Shown: positions 39,650 through 53,319 of the stretch, in pieces
Numbering within the stretch: the first letter of the stretch is position 1
Layout of the letters: each line of letters starts with the position of its first letter
Assembly: GCF_006345805.1 (NCBI RefSeq)
Contig: NC_042997.1
Coordinates: 140,554,001-140,618,000 of the forward strand
Source of the DNA: Octopus sinensis
Lineage: Eukaryota
Direction of reading: 5' to 3'
DNA: 64,000 nucleotides
Notes under the pieces: model-generated
Database searches by the model: none
Seen by the model: the letters and a program-made list of their open reading frames with translations, nothing else
What the model was told of the DNA's origin: nothing
Program-made: the position numbers and the translations under genes

Positions 39650-39900
39650 TATGGTCTCTTATTCATTATGGCCTCTTGTATCATATCATTCACGGAGTCT
39701 AATGTCTAGTGATCTGACCTCACCTCTTCTTCCCGTCTTCTTGGCTTTCTTCTTTTGCTCTGAGGACTTTCCACTGTTGATACACGGCACATTTCTATCC
39801 AGTATTTTATTTCTATTCACTTATATTCATATGAGTGCTATCATTTCTGCTGCATATATCAGCTGTATCCTTAATTCCCGACCACATCTTGGAGTCATTT
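39650..39900 (-). mobile_element. Highly decayed RTE-like 3' ORF fragment
   Basis: Minus-strand aagaagaaagccaagaagacgggaagaagaggtgaggtcagatc resembles the coding sequence for RGRPKKTWEEVV..DL. Confidence 0.35.
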
Positions 39901-42900
39901 GTACTCAGCTTCACATACAAGATAAGATTAGAGTTAAGCAAAAAGAAAAAAAAGAAAGAAAAAGAAAGGGAGTCCTTTATTAATTGGATAACTAAAGGGA
40001 ATGTCCATGAATTGTGCAGGCCCTTCCACATTGGACCCTGGTCTCCTGCTGAGTCATCAGAGTGGTGTTAGGATAAACAGCATGTCTTGTTTTGGATGTT
40101 TTAAACTTGGCAGAACCCATCCCTTTCCAGGTAGGGGCACAGCTAATTTTTTTCGCAAAGTACTGGACCGGTAATTTATTTATTGATCCCAGAAAGTCAG
40201 AAAGCAAAGTTGATCATGGTGGGACTTGAACTCAGTGTGCAAAAGCTGGAATGAACACCACAAAATATTCTGTCCAGTGCTTTAATGAGTCTGCCAATTT
40301 GCCAGCTTGACACTGATGAGATTGTTGTGGGTGATGTTTAGTTGCAACATTTGTTGATCAATGGCTGTAGTCAGAATATAGTGGGGAAGAAATTTCAGAG
40401 GGTTGTAAGTTCTAGAGAAGAAAGAGTGGATAAATGTTTCATTTCAAGGTCTAAAAAGCACCCATACTGTCACAACATAAAAAGCACCTGTGCTGGCACC
40501 ATATAAAAAGCACTCAATACACTGTAAAGTGGTTGGCATTAGGAAGAGCATCCAGATCCAGCCATAGAAACCATGCCAAAACAGACAATTGGAACCTTCT
40601 GCCTGCCAGCTCCTGTCAAACTGTCCAACCCAAGCCAGTATGGAAAACAGACATTAAATGATGATGATGATGATGATGATGATAGTGATGAGAAGACTAG
40701 ATACAATAAAAATGCTGAAAAGAGGTGATACTGGATAGGGCAGGTGATGCTAGGTAGAGAGAGCAACCAGCTAGCTTAGTGGGAAAAGTAGAGACCATTG
40801 TGGTAACAACAGAAGAGGCAAAGAGAGGAAACCATGTGCTTGTGAATTTGTGGTTGTAGTATTTTGTGGAATGATTCATTGCCATTTAGTTGGATGGTCC
40901 CTTAGATGTGGTCCAGGATGTTGGTGTGACTGCAATAGGATTTTACCACAGCTGAGAGCTGTAGTCCAATATGGGTGTTTTAGAGGTCAATTATGGGATC
41001 ATGAATTAGTGCCCTATTTCAAGAGCAATCATGACAAACCACCCCACTTCCTTCAGTGGAACTATCAGGTAATTGGCTACAATAAAAGTCTGGAAGAATT
41101 ACATTAAAAAAACTTGTCAGCCTTACACAGAATCTCTAGGTCCTAGAAAACTGATAAAGGCACTAAATATTTCCCATGAGGCTGACAATTTAAAACTTTT
41201 TAAACAATTTAAAACTTTTTACTCTAGTCAGTTGCTTGTGCTCATGCTGGGGATAGATGGGTAGTTGCTGCCCTGATTGCACCTGACATAAGCACTAAAC
41301 CTTGTTTCCAAAATTCAGATTGATGTCCTACCAATTGAGCTAAACAGGAAGATAACCAGTATCAATGAAAATAAATGCATCACAAAATCTGGCTTGAAAA
41401 TTCCTTCTTGATGTTAATATATTTCTGAAAGACTTAATAGGGGTCAGTGGTTCTCCAAGTGGACAGACCCTACTCATTGAAAATTTTATATCAGAACCAA
41501 GTACAAAGGTGGCAGTAAGGAAGGTGTGTGATGGTTGCATTGTACATTTTGTTTCAGCCTTTGACTCCTACTTGAATATTGCTTTCATATTTTGGCACAA
41601 CGCCAGCAATTTTGAAGGAGAGGGTAAGCTGAATACATCAACTCCAGTGCCCAACTAGTATGTATTTTATTGACCCTGAAAAGATGAAAGGTAAAGTTGA
41701 ACTTGGCAGAATTTGAACTCAGAATGGATGAAATGTTGCTAAGTATCTTGTCTGGTGTGCTAACAATTCTGCCAGCTTGCTGCCTTAAATTTATTCATAA
41801 TAAATAATAATAATAGATTTATTCATAATATTGCTGTCAAGTTTTGGTGCAAGGCCAGCATTTTTGAGGGCATGGGTAAGCTGATTAAATTGTCTTCCCA
41901 CTGTCCAACGGGTCCCTTATTTTATCAACCTTGAAAGGATGAAAGGCCAAGTCAACTTAGGCAGAATTTGAACTCAGTATACAATAGTAGTACAATCTAG
42001 TATACAATATGTAATAGTATATAGTATTATTGATCCATTTTGGCTGATTTTAACATTCATTTTCACACAGGAATTAGGTAATTAGGTGATTACATAATCC
42101 CTGCACAAATGCTATATATTAAGATTAATATACCCACTCTATTGACAAATATATGACTGCCTGGCTCTCCTGACTAATGGATTCTTACACACACACACAC
42201 ACATGTACATGCTTAAATATTATCAATTCTAGCTATGTGTTTCATCTTTTAATCTCATAATCTGCCTACATGCATAAAAAAAGACATGTGTAAACTTGGA
42301 TGTGGGAAATGAAATGTGTGTGTGAATATATATATATATATATTTTTATATATATATATATGTATGTATGTATGTATATATCTATGTATATATGCATTTA
42401 TATATTTATATTATTATGTATATATATATAATAATATAAATAATATATATATATATGCATATGTGGGTACAGATGTCACCAAATGTAAACAATATGAAAT
42501 ACGATAACAACATGAAATACAAAGACAACTTTTTTTTTGCAAACAATGAGAGAAACAAATGGGAAACAAGACAAGTAACATATAAAAACGCCCCTTCATC
42601 AGTTGTCGGCTGTTTATCTACTCCACATTTCAAGAAATTCACGACTATATATGTGTGTGTGTCTGTGTGTGAATATAGAAAGAATATGACTATAAATTAG
42701 GATATAAAGATAACTTCCAACTGCTAGCTATGGCGGGAAGGTGTATGAAACACAAAGAATATATACTTGAGATCAGCCAAAGGCCTGTGCTAACTAGGGT
42801 GAAGCAGAAATTCATTAAATGTTTCACTTTGAGTAGGGTGTTGTCTCAGTTAGCAGTCACTCAAGTGAAACTCATGCCCAGAACTAAGTCACCCTGACTT

Positions 42901-43320
42901 AATAATACTTGAAAGTACATTAAAAAGGATGTGTATGTGAGAGGTGCAGGAGCGGGGGGGGGGGGCTGGGTCATTGATTTGTTGCTGTAAGGCATTGGAA
43001 AAGTGTAAAAAAGAGGAAAATGGGTGTAGTTAATAAAAGTCTGAGAAGAACTGGAGTAAAAGAACTAAAGGAAAGCATGTGTGTATTCCATATATGTATT
43101 GTTTAACTGAAGATTTAATATGTTTGTGAGTCCTGAGGTGAGTTGCCATTACAGACTATCACTAGTTACCATTGATTTTTAAGTTGGCTGTGATGGTCAT
43201 GGTGGGAATAAAGTTAAATAATAATTTGTTGTAAAGCACAAACCCATAAGTTTTCATGTGGAGTAGGGAACAATCGTGTTGATCCCTGCCACCACCACCA
43301 CCACCACCACCACTACCACC

Positions 43321-43365
43321 ACACAACGTTTCGGCTGATATACCCTCCAGCCTTCATCAGGTGTC
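43321..43365 (-). ncRNA. Minimal type I hammerhead ribozyme with intact core
   Basis: Minus strand reads gacac CTGATGA aggctg gagggtatat cagcc GAAAC GTT gtgt; stems I and II pair. Confidence 0.8.
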
Positions 43366-43619
43366 TTGGGAAAATTCCGAACCTGGGATCTCATTCCTAA
43401 GGTATTTTTTGTCGTTGTTGTTGTTGATCAGCTATACCCAATTTATCAATATCTCCTCGTGTCACAGCTTTGCGATGTTCGTCTACCCTTATTTTGAGGG
43501 GGTGGCATGTTTCACCTTTGTATAATCTACCACAGCTTTTGTATAACCTACCACACGCAGTCTTTGGTCATATTCTCTTCTGTTGGTGGTTTTACTTGAA
43601 GGAGATATTTGCAAAGTAT

Positions 43620-43720
43620 GACACTTGATGAAGGCTGGAGGGTATATCGGCCGAAACGTGTTAACAGCAAACAAGATGAGGAGAAATATCCATCAAATGT
43701 AAATAATGTAAATAATGTGG
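43620..43720 (+). mobile_element. Inverted partner copy of the same hammerhead family (core variant TTGATGA) with pLTR-like tail
   Basis: gacacTTGATGAaggctggagggtatatcggccGAAACgtgttaac..., followed by the aagatgagga..aatat..tcaaatgtaaataatg tail also seen at 1800-1848. Confidence 0.7.
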
Positions 43721-44171
43721 ATATAGACAATATCGAACACATGTACACAAGTTATGTGCTTTGCTAGTTCTTGGGTAGGCTGTGCTTATGGGTGTAAGAG
43801 AATATATTCTTATCAATTTACCTGGTGTTAAAGCACACACATACACACAACACACATACACACACTCATATGTGATGGGCTTCCATAGTTTCCATCAATG
43901 AAATTCACTCATAAGGCATTGGTTAGCCTGGAGGTACAGTAGAATACACTTGCCCATGCTGCCTTGCTATGGGACTGAACCCAAAAGCTCTTGGTTACAA
44001 AGTGAGCTCATCAGCCACACACTACTATTTCATAGTTATCTTCTTTTACCCATTTTGTCTCTATGTTTTTGTAATTCACATTTATGAAATTGCTTTGTAA
44101 ATCACACTTATAAAATGGTTTATGAACACAGTTTTTGTTTTTTACTCTTGCTATTTTTACCATTATTTCAG

Positions 44172-44271
44172 GGAAAAGTGAGACATGGAAACATCCATTT
44201 GAAAATACAAACAAAGATATTGGACACATAGCACTCTCATTTTATGCTGGCTTGTATTCCTACTCAGGGTG
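44172..44271 (+). CDS. Next internal exon of the SLC7/LAT-type transporter (TM6)
   Basis: Acceptor attatttcAG and donor TG|GTAAGT; phase 1 start joins the previous exon. Translates to GKSETWKHPFENTNKDIGHIALSFYAGLYSYSG(W), containing the conserved G.IAL.FY.GL.(S/A)Y.GW motif. Confidence 0.93.
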
Positions 44272-44432
44272 GTAAGTAACGACACTCTTGTTTGAAGTTA
44301 GCAATTACAGACATGCATTTAGGAAAACGAATATGAAAACTGCTTAGTTTATTCCTCTGCACCTATATATCTACATGTGTGTGAGAGCACTCATGTGAGT
44401 GTGTATATATGTTTGTTTACAATATATTACTG

Positions 44433-44688
44433 GCAGAAGCAGATCTTAGCTATCACTCCAATGCGCAGGTGCACATGGCTGACGTGAGCCTACTAGCTCG
44501 AAACCGGTCAGTCCCACAATCCTGTCAGCTATTGGAGAGTAATAGGGGTTCAATCTCCCTGCTAGCGATGTATTGTATATAAGGGTGTGGAGCTTGCACC
44601 AAAAACCAGCTGGTGGAGAATCCACCTGGGGTTAAACTAGTAGTAACATTCATCTGCCACTTAGATATGGCTACTTGCTTTACTGTTT

Positions 44689-44690
<2 letters not shown>
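44433..44690 (+). mobile_element. Probable Penelope pLTR remnant with a variant hammerhead, ending in (TA)n
   Basis: CTGACGT-GAGC ctacta GCTC-GAAAC CG GTC at 44479-44509, with palindromic ACCGGT stem III; stem I is poor; abuts (TA)n at 44691. Confidence 0.5.
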
Positions 44691-44723
<33 letters not shown>

Positions 44724-45774
44724 GACAGGAAAAAGTTGCAAGATCGCCCAGAGGAATTTAACCTTGCTATAGTGTAAACTGTATGGTCTTGCTAACCACT
44801 TTATTAAAGCAACATCTAAATTAGATTACACACACACACACATCATTGTCTAAGTATCCCTAAGTCAGAAAAAATTCAGTGTTATCAATCAACTGCTCTC
44901 AGAGAGCAGTTACCATTTTTTCCATACCACCCATCTCTAATGAGTGCAGTTATTAGATAATCTGATTACCTTATATCCTGCACAAAACAGTTTGATAAAA
45001 TCAATGGTTTTGGATCTATAATACTGTATATTTTGATTAATATATACCTGCATATATTTGTGGGCACAAGCAAAGAAATTTTCTTCACAATCCTATGAAT
45101 CTGGGCTCAATTCCAATGTGCAATACATTTTGTCTGCTACCACACCTTTGGTTTGATTGAAGCATCATGAAATAAATTTGGTAGATGGAAACTGTAGCAG
45201 CCTATTGGAGACTGTAGCTGTTTTTTCAGGGTATGCCTAAACAGACTTTCAGTTTAACACCACCATCTGACCCTTAGGTGTCTTTAGTGAAGTCCACTTT
45301 ACTGTAACCATTTGGCTTAGGCCAATGTACTAAAGATATCTTGGTATCTTAAAGTCCTGCTTCTTATTACAGGCAACAACCTATAAGTTGCTTGGTTAAA
45401 ATTTATTGAGTCAATTAATAGACATGTATCTATAATTTGAAAGTAATATGATATCAATATCAGCTTGTTGTTTTTATACAATATACATTTATAATGATGA
45501 TTGTAATCTACAATGATGCAAGTTCTCAAATTTCTCATGCTGAATGTTAAGTTAGCATTATTATGAAGATGAGACACCATACTATTACTGATAGTATGGT
45601 GTCTTATCTTTGCAATAATTGGTCAGACAGAGTTTTACTGAGGTAGATTTTCTGTAGATTTTGCCTTTCATCCTTTCGGGGTTGATAAATTAAGTACCTG
45701 TTGCGTACTGGGGTCGATCTAATCAACTGGCCCCCTCCCCAAAAATTTTGGGCCTTGTGCCTAGAGGAGAAATG

Positions 45775-45816
<42 letters not shown>

Positions 45817-45820
<4 letters not shown>

Positions 45821-45975
45821 GAATTTACAAAAAAAACGAAAGATGAAGACGGGTGTGTAAAGAACAAACAGATGTATTAGTTTAATGCTTGGGAAGTGAG
45901 AAAGTCTTTTACGTTTCGAGCCTATGCTCTTCAGTAGAAAGGAACACAAAAATAAACAGAGAGAGAAGATAGAAA
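45817..45975 (-). mobile_element. Probable pLTR remnant with a decayed hammerhead; related copies at ~24156-24300, ~23752-23800 and ~24062-24110
   Basis: Minus strand: cttt CTACTGA a gagc atag gctc GAAAC GTA aaag. All copies start next to a TA run with ...aatttac/ta...gaagac(a/g)ggtg. Confidence 0.5.
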
Positions 45976-47236
45976 AAGGTTTAGGGGCTAACAATCTATC
46001 ATTCTTTTGGTTTCTGTCTACCAAATCTGTTCACAAGACTCAGTCAGATCGCTTGGAGCTATAACAGAGGACACTTGCCCAAAATGCTTTGCTGTTGGAC
46101 TGAACCCAGAACCATGTGTCTGGGAAGCAAACATCTTACCACACAGTTATGTCTACACCTACTATTATTAATAATAATACTAATATTTATATAAATTCAA
46201 TCCAGTGGTGATCCAAAAGTTAGGTCTGCATTTAAAGGATTTCAACAACAAAAAGCAAAATAGCAGCATATGGTAAATAAATTTACATGATAAGGAAGGA
46301 AGCAGAAGGGAGTTAATTTTTGTTGGTAGTTCTTTGTTAAGAGAAATCAGAAATAAAAAAAAACAATGTCATGACCAAGAGAATTGAAACGATAAGCTAC
46401 AGGTCAAAGTGATTCAGTATTGTTACATCAGACACTTAAATGACGCTGTGTAAAATGGTTTACCTATCTCCAACCAGTTTCTCTCATGTACAATAAACCA
46501 CAAAGTTGACTTCTAATACACTCCGAAAGAGAGAGAGGGAAAAACTACCTCGCTTGGCAACAGGTGGGGGTTGGCGTCAGGATGGGCATCCGGCTGTAGA
46601 AAGCTTGCCACATGCTTAGCGCTGCGTATATCTGCATACATTTTTATGTAGGTGCAGGCATGGGTAGGTGCGGACATGGCTGTGTGGTTAGGGAGCTTGC
46701 TTCCTAGCTATATGGTTTCGGGTTCAGTCCCACTGCGTGGCACTTTGGGTAGGTGTTTTCTGCTATAGCCCTGAGTTGACCGAAGCTTTGTGATTGAATT
46801 CAGCAGGCGGAAGTTACTGCCGTGTATGTATATGTGCGTGTAGGTGCTTGTGCCTCTCCGAAAGAGAGAGAGGGAATGTTATTGGTGGTACTGGAGAAAT
46901 GGTCTGTAATGTAGAAGAAAGGATGAAGCCTATGTAGGATGGCGGTGTTCTGTACAAAGAGGCAGGTATTGCATTGGGATCTGTTGAGTGTGTATGAAAG
47001 AACTCTGGATCAGAACATTGTAAAGGTTGTGGTTGCATCTGATAAGAGGGAGAAGGAATTCTGAAAAGACATGGGAAGTAGTAATAAATGTGCTTGTGTG
47101 TTAAGATGTATGTATAGGTTTAGATGTGTGTGTTGATATGAAGGAAGGATAAATGTGTGTGGGTATCAATATGTGATATGTAGGTATGTATAAGTATTGA
47201 TGTGTGTGTGTGTGTTGATATGGAAGCTTCTTGTGT

Positions 47237-48097
47237 CATCATCATCATCATCATCATTTAGCGTCCGTTTTCCATGCTAGCATGGGTTGGACGGTTCTAC
47301 TGGGGTCTGTGAAGCCAGAAGGCTTCATCAGGCCCAGTCAAATCTGGCAGTGTTTCTACGGCTGGATGCCCTTCCTAACGCCAACCACTCCGTGAGTGTA
47401 GTGGGTGCTTTTTACGTGCCACCCGCACTGGTGCCAGACAGAGCTGGCAAACGGCCACGAACGGATGGTGCTTTTTATGTGCCACCGGCACGAGGGCCAG
47501 GCGAGGCTGGCAATGGACACGAAACGGGGCGGTGCTGGCAACGGTCGCGAAACGGAAAGTTCTCTTACATGCCACCGGCACTGGTAACACATCTGCAATT
47601 TCCATTGATCGATTTCCATTGATCGATTTCGATTCTGATCCTCACTTGCCTCAATGGGTCTTCACAAGCAGAGTTTCGACATGCCACCGGCACTGGTAGC
47701 ACATCCGCAATTTCCATTGATAGATTTCGATTCTGATCCTCACTTGCCTCAACACGTCTTCACAAGTAGAGTTTTGTGTCCCAAGAAGGGAAGGTATGCA
47801 TACGTAGGCTGGCTCCATCCCATGTAGAAGGCCACGGGTTGTGGACTCACTTGTCCTGCCGGGTCTTCTCGCGCACAGCACACTTCCAGAGGTCTCGGTC
47901 TCTAGTCATTTCCTCAGTGAGACCTAAAGTTTGAAGGTCGTGCTTCACCACCTCGTCCCAGGTTTTCCTGGGTCTGCCTCTTCCACAGGTTCCCTCAACC
48001 GCTAGGGTGTGGCACTTTTTCACACAACTATCTTCATCCATTCTCGCCACATGACCATAACAGCGCAAACGTCTCTCTTGCACACCACAACTGATGC
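47237..48097 (-). mobile_element. 3' end of an RTE-clade LINE (ORF C-terminus, 3' UTR, (ATG)n tail)
   Basis: QERRLRCYGHVARMDEDSCVKKC...GRGRPRKTWDEVVKHDL..LGL...RDRDLW; UTR has repeated gtgccggtggcacgtaaaaagcacc motifs and ends taaa(tga)n. Confidence 0.9.
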
Positions 48098-48808
48098 TTA
48101 TATATATATATATGAATGTAGACGTCCTCTCTCAATGTCATTTTTTTCTAGATCTTTAACTTTATTGTTAACTCTTCCTATTGCAGTCCTTGCTTTGAAT
48201 ATAAAACAACAGCCTCAATAGTAAAATGGATGTGATTGGTCTGATCTACAAGCTGCACTCACTCAATCATCACTTGTTAGAGTGTGCAATATTGCTTCTG
48301 ACAAAAGTCTACAGTTTTAATTACAATCATGACAAAGACCAAAATACCATTTACTGTTTAGTACCAGAGAGAATGAAACTTCAATTCCATCTCGGAAATG
48401 ATCTTTATCTTGGTCTATGTGTAAGAAAGGCTTTCGCAAGAACACAGCATTGTGTGTTCAGTGCAAACATTAAATAAGTACATTGAGATCTCTAACAAAG
48501 TAATTGACAATTAATATTTTATGTATCTGATACAAAAGTAATGGTCTAAAAATTACTCAAGCGGGTCATTTGCTGATGTTGACAGCTGCTGTTACTTACA
48601 TGACCTAATTAGTGTCGGTGGGGTGTAGTGAAATTGTAGTAATTAGAGCAAGAAAACTGGAAGATGCAGTATTTTTACTCTAAGTCAGCACTGATCAAGT
48701 AGACCTATGAACAAGATATTTGAGCTATAATATTCACATTTATAGTTTTGTGTTGTGTGAATGTTTTTAGGTGTAGTATTATATGTTAGAGCTTATTATC
48801 CAATGTTG

Positions 48809-48842
<34 letters not shown>

Positions 48843-49799
48843 TTAGCATCTATTTCTATGCTGGCATGGGCTGGATGGTTTGTCAGAAGCTAACCAGCTG
48901 AAGAGCTGTTCAGGATCCATATCTGTTTTGGCATGGTTTCTATGGCTGGATGCCTGGCCTAATACCAACCTCTTTACAGAGTGTTTTGGATGCTTTTACA
49001 CAGCACCAGTATGGGTGCGTTTTACATGGCACTAGCACTTATGAGTCTGCAAGATTAGGGATACTCAGCTAGAGAGGGTTACAAGAAACAAGCCTGTATG
49101 CAAGGGCAACCATGCTTTTACTTAGCTTGATGTGTCTTTTCAAGTGCAACAAACTGCCAGGAGTCCTGGTTGCTTGTATTCCCCCTGTGAGTCCCAATGT
49201 TTGTAGATCCTTTTTCATCACTTTGTCTCACATCTTCCTGGGTCAACCCCTTCCACGTGTTCCTGTCACATTTAATTAAGTGAACTAAATGCATAATCTT
49301 TTATTTTTAAAGATTGTAGGGTATTATTTGAGGGAGATTTGGTCGCTGTTTTTTGCAAGTTGAGTGACCTTGCAGTTGCCTCTTCATTGGTTTAACAACA
49401 AAGGGTTTCTCTCTGTTCATGCAAAATGTAAACTGTATATAGTATAAAGTATATCTTAGGCTGACTTCAATTCTTTGTTGGTGTATATAGTTTAGAGTGA
49501 AAGATTTACTTCACCAACATGCTCAACATGATCACAGAATCTTCAGTAGTGCTTCTTTGCTATGTGATATCTTCTGAAATCTGTGTGATATCTTCAATGA
49601 AGTGTGGCCTTTTCTTGAATTCTGATGCACAAAAATATCAACTGCACTGGTATATGTATATATGTGCAGAAGATTGTTGTATGCTCAATAAGAAACAGCT
49701 GTGCTGGAAGTAAAAGTAGAGAGCTTTTAAAAAGATTATAGAATTTAGTAAATAAGGAGAACCAATCTCTAACTGTACAGGGAGCCTATGGGTGAGATA

Positions 49800-50172
49800 G
49801 ACTCATGGGATGAGGTGGTGAAGCATGATCTTCAAATGTTGGGCCTCATGGAGGTAATGACAAGTGACTGAGACCTTTGGCGGTATGCTATGCTTGAGAA
49901 GACTCGTCAAGCCAAGTGGTATCATAATCATGGCCGATGCCAGCATCATGTAACTGGCACCCATGCCAGTGGCACATAAAAGTGGCTGTGCTAGTGGCAT
50001 GAAAAAAACACCCATTACACTCTTGGACTGATTGGCATTAGGAAGGGCATCCAGCTGTAGAAACCATGCCAGATCAAACTGGAACCTGGTGCTGCTCTCC
50101 AGCTTATCAGTTCCAGACAAACTATCTAACCCATGCCAGCATGGAAAGCAGACACTAAATGATGGTGATGAT
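49800..50172 (+). mobile_element. RTE LINE 3' fragment
   Basis: WDEVVKHDLQMLGLMEVMTSD followed by the same UTR and tail as 47237-48097. Confidence 0.8.
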
Positions 50173-50479
50173 AGAATTTAGTAAATAGTGTCTTTTGGAT
50201 GAGATTGCAAACTCAAGAACTTTTGGAAATATTGATTTTATGTCGGTGACATTAATAAACGATGATAGCCCAAATTTTCAGCATATATGGCTACCAGCTC
50301 TTTAGCATTCAGATTATTCTGCCAAATTTGATGCTATTTATTCACATTGTTTTGAATTAATCATGTTCTATCTTATAGCTTCAAGATTTCAATGATGTGA
50401 TTGTTTATCTTTAGAAGGACATTGTTAGATAGGTGTGAGAGACTGGATATGGCCAGTTTAAATGTTAAAGAGTCAAACT

Positions 50480-51001
50480 TCTGTCTTCTTCTTTGACCCC
50501 CTTCGGTCATGAATGACCATGGGATTGCACCTAGAAAGTTACCCTCTGAGGCACAAGTCTGGGCAAGGTTGTTTATGGAAGACCAGCAGTCGCCCATACA
50601 TACCAGCCTCCCCTCTCCATGCCACTAATATTATCCAAGGGAAAGGCAAAGGCTGATACAGCTTGGCACCAGTGATGTCGGAGCTCATTTATTAACGTGC
50701 AAGTGGCTGAGCACTCCACAGACATGTGTACCCTTGACGTAGTTCTCAGGGGGATACAGCATGACACAAAGTGACAAGGCTGGCCCTTTGAAATACAGGT
50801 ACAACAGAAACAGGAAGAAAGAGTAAGAGAAAGTTGTGGTGAAAGAATACAGCAGGGTTCACCAACATTCCCTGCCGGAGCCTTGTGGAGCTTTAGGTGT
50901 TTTCGCTCAATAAACACTCACAATGCCCGGTCTGGGAATCGAAACCACGATCCTACAACTTTGAGTCTGCTGCCCTAACCACTGGACCATTGTGCCTCCA
51001 A
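50480..51001 (-). mobile_element. tRNA-derived SINE family C, full length with TSD. Other copies: 27513-27818(-), 59033-59355(+)
   Basis: Head gaggcgcaatggcccagtggttag...ggtttcgattccc; TSD taaagagt(c/t)aaact at 50466-50479 and 51002-51015. Confidence 0.85.
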
Positions 51002-53159
51002 TAAAGAGTTAAACTACTGCTCCCTAAATGATAGAGGAACAGCAACTGTTTCACATTAACCAAATTAATTTCATCCATTTCTATTATGGTCACCACAAAA
51101 ATCTACTGGAATTTTAAGGTAGTCTTTATGTGTTCACTCAATTAACAGCCAAAATCTTTCTCAAATGTCAACCTATCATCTTAAAACAGAAGGGCATATT
51201 AGATAAAGTAGACCTAGGCATAGTGTGTTTGAAAATAAGATGGGATGGTCACATCTGAAACATCTTGGATCAAAGGATTACTCAACCAGGGCTGGCCTGG
51301 GATGAAACAACAAGAACAAATATGCAGTATTAGACTACATGTCCGAATTATAGCATTTCTCCTGCTCTCCTCATACAGTTAATTACTGTGTGCTGGGAGT
51401 GTGTTGTATGGTCCTCAGTGGGACAAATGCTCAAAGTACACCACCGCCGCCGCTGCCACCACCATCACCACCACCACCACCGTTATCATCATCATCATCG
51501 TTTTGATGTTGACTTTATCATGCCTGCATGAGTCATATGGAATTTGTTGAAGCAGATTTTCTTTAACTGGATGTCTTTCCTGTCATCCACCCTCTCCTGT
51601 TTACAAGCAAAATTATTTTTCTCTACAAATGATATTGTATGATTGTAACACTCGTTCACAACTATCACATGATGTTAAAAGGTGACATAAGCACACACTC
51701 TCATGTGCACAAATACACACACACACATACATGATAGGCTTCTTTCAGTTTCCATCTACCAAATCCACTCACAAAGCATTGGTTGGTCCAGGGCTACAAC
51801 GGAAAACACTTGCCATAGATGTCACACAGTAGGAACGAACCTGAAGCAGTGAAGTTAGGAAGCAAATTCTTCAGCTCATAGCCATTCCTACATCTAATCT
51901 CTTATGCTTTGTAAGTGGAACAGTATATTTTATGGTTACATCTAGTATTTCTATGATCTGTGTCATAGAATCTGCTTGATCAGAACTGATGTGGGGTTAC
52001 ATATCAAAAATTACAGTAACTACTTAATCTTGATGAGGAGAAGGAAGAAGAAGATAACGATGATAATGGTAGTGATGATGGTGGCATTGATGGGGATGGT
52101 GGCAAGAAGAGTTATGTAACTTTATTGTTATTGTTGTTAGTTTTTAGCTGCAGGTCAGTCCTGAAATCAAGCAAACATGATCAAAATTGAAGATATTCCA
52201 GCCATGATTACCTCAACTTGATTTCTGGCAGGGTGTCCTGGGTTACATTTTTCAAGGTTTTTCTTTGAGCGATGGACCTATTTACATGGACCTCTGATCA
52301 AATTTATCCTATCCATGGCCATCACTAAGAACAAGACCACTATGTCAATTTGAAGTGTCTAGGTCTAGGAGAACATTATTATTTTAAATATTTTGTTTTT
52401 CTTTCTACTATATGCATAACATATGAAATTTTTGGGGAGTGAGCTAGTTATTACATCAACCCCAGTGCTTAACTGGTACTTATTTTATCAACCCTGTAAA
52501 GAAAAGAAGCAGAGTCAATCTAGACATAATTTGAACTCAGAATGTAAAGGTAGAAGTAATTGTGGCATGCTAATTATTCTGCCAGCTCACAACTTTTGCT
52601 GGGGGCTACCTTATATAATGTGTTTTATCTTTATTGTGTAACACAGCCAGGGAGGTGGATGATATCTGACTGCTATTTTTAGCACATCAAGCAATCACAG
52701 AGAGAGCCCTTCCTTAGCTTTTCCTTCATCTTGGTGTAAACGCTCTTGTGAAGAAGAATTTCATGAAAACTGATCTCTATCAATGGGAATAAGGTTAGGG
52801 AGTATATATATTTTTAGCACCTACTTATCAATCCAACTACAATAATACTTGTTGAAATGACAGAGAGCTTGACAACTGAAGAGACTACTTTGTTATGTAA
52901 ACATTTTCTTCAATATAAAAAGTTTGTTTACACATCAATTCCTTACTTTATCTTCGTTAAAACAGGATCTCTAGCTGACCATCTTACGTCATTCTTCTCT
53001 ATATTTTTTCTTATGTATTTGGCTCTCTGCTTGACACAATTTGTGTGTGTTTGTGTGTGTATGTGTGTGTGTGAAGGAGAGAGAGTACCTTGATGCCTTT
53101 ACTCTGGCATGTGTGTGTGTGTGTGCGTGCTTGCGTTTATCTGTCTGTGTATGCCTGTG

Positions 53160-53196
<37 letters not shown>

Positions 53197-53275
53197 AGCT
53201 CACTGTTTTCTGCTGCATGTATATGCGTGTGTAAGAGTTAGTACCTCCCTGACTATTCTGGTGTCTGTACATATG

Positions 53276-53319
<44 letters not shown>

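Noticed and set aside
42585-42640. Permuted (type II) hammerhead GAAA...CTGATGA on the minus strand; similar motif at 6622-6641
   Set aside because: Stem I cannot be paired convincingly.
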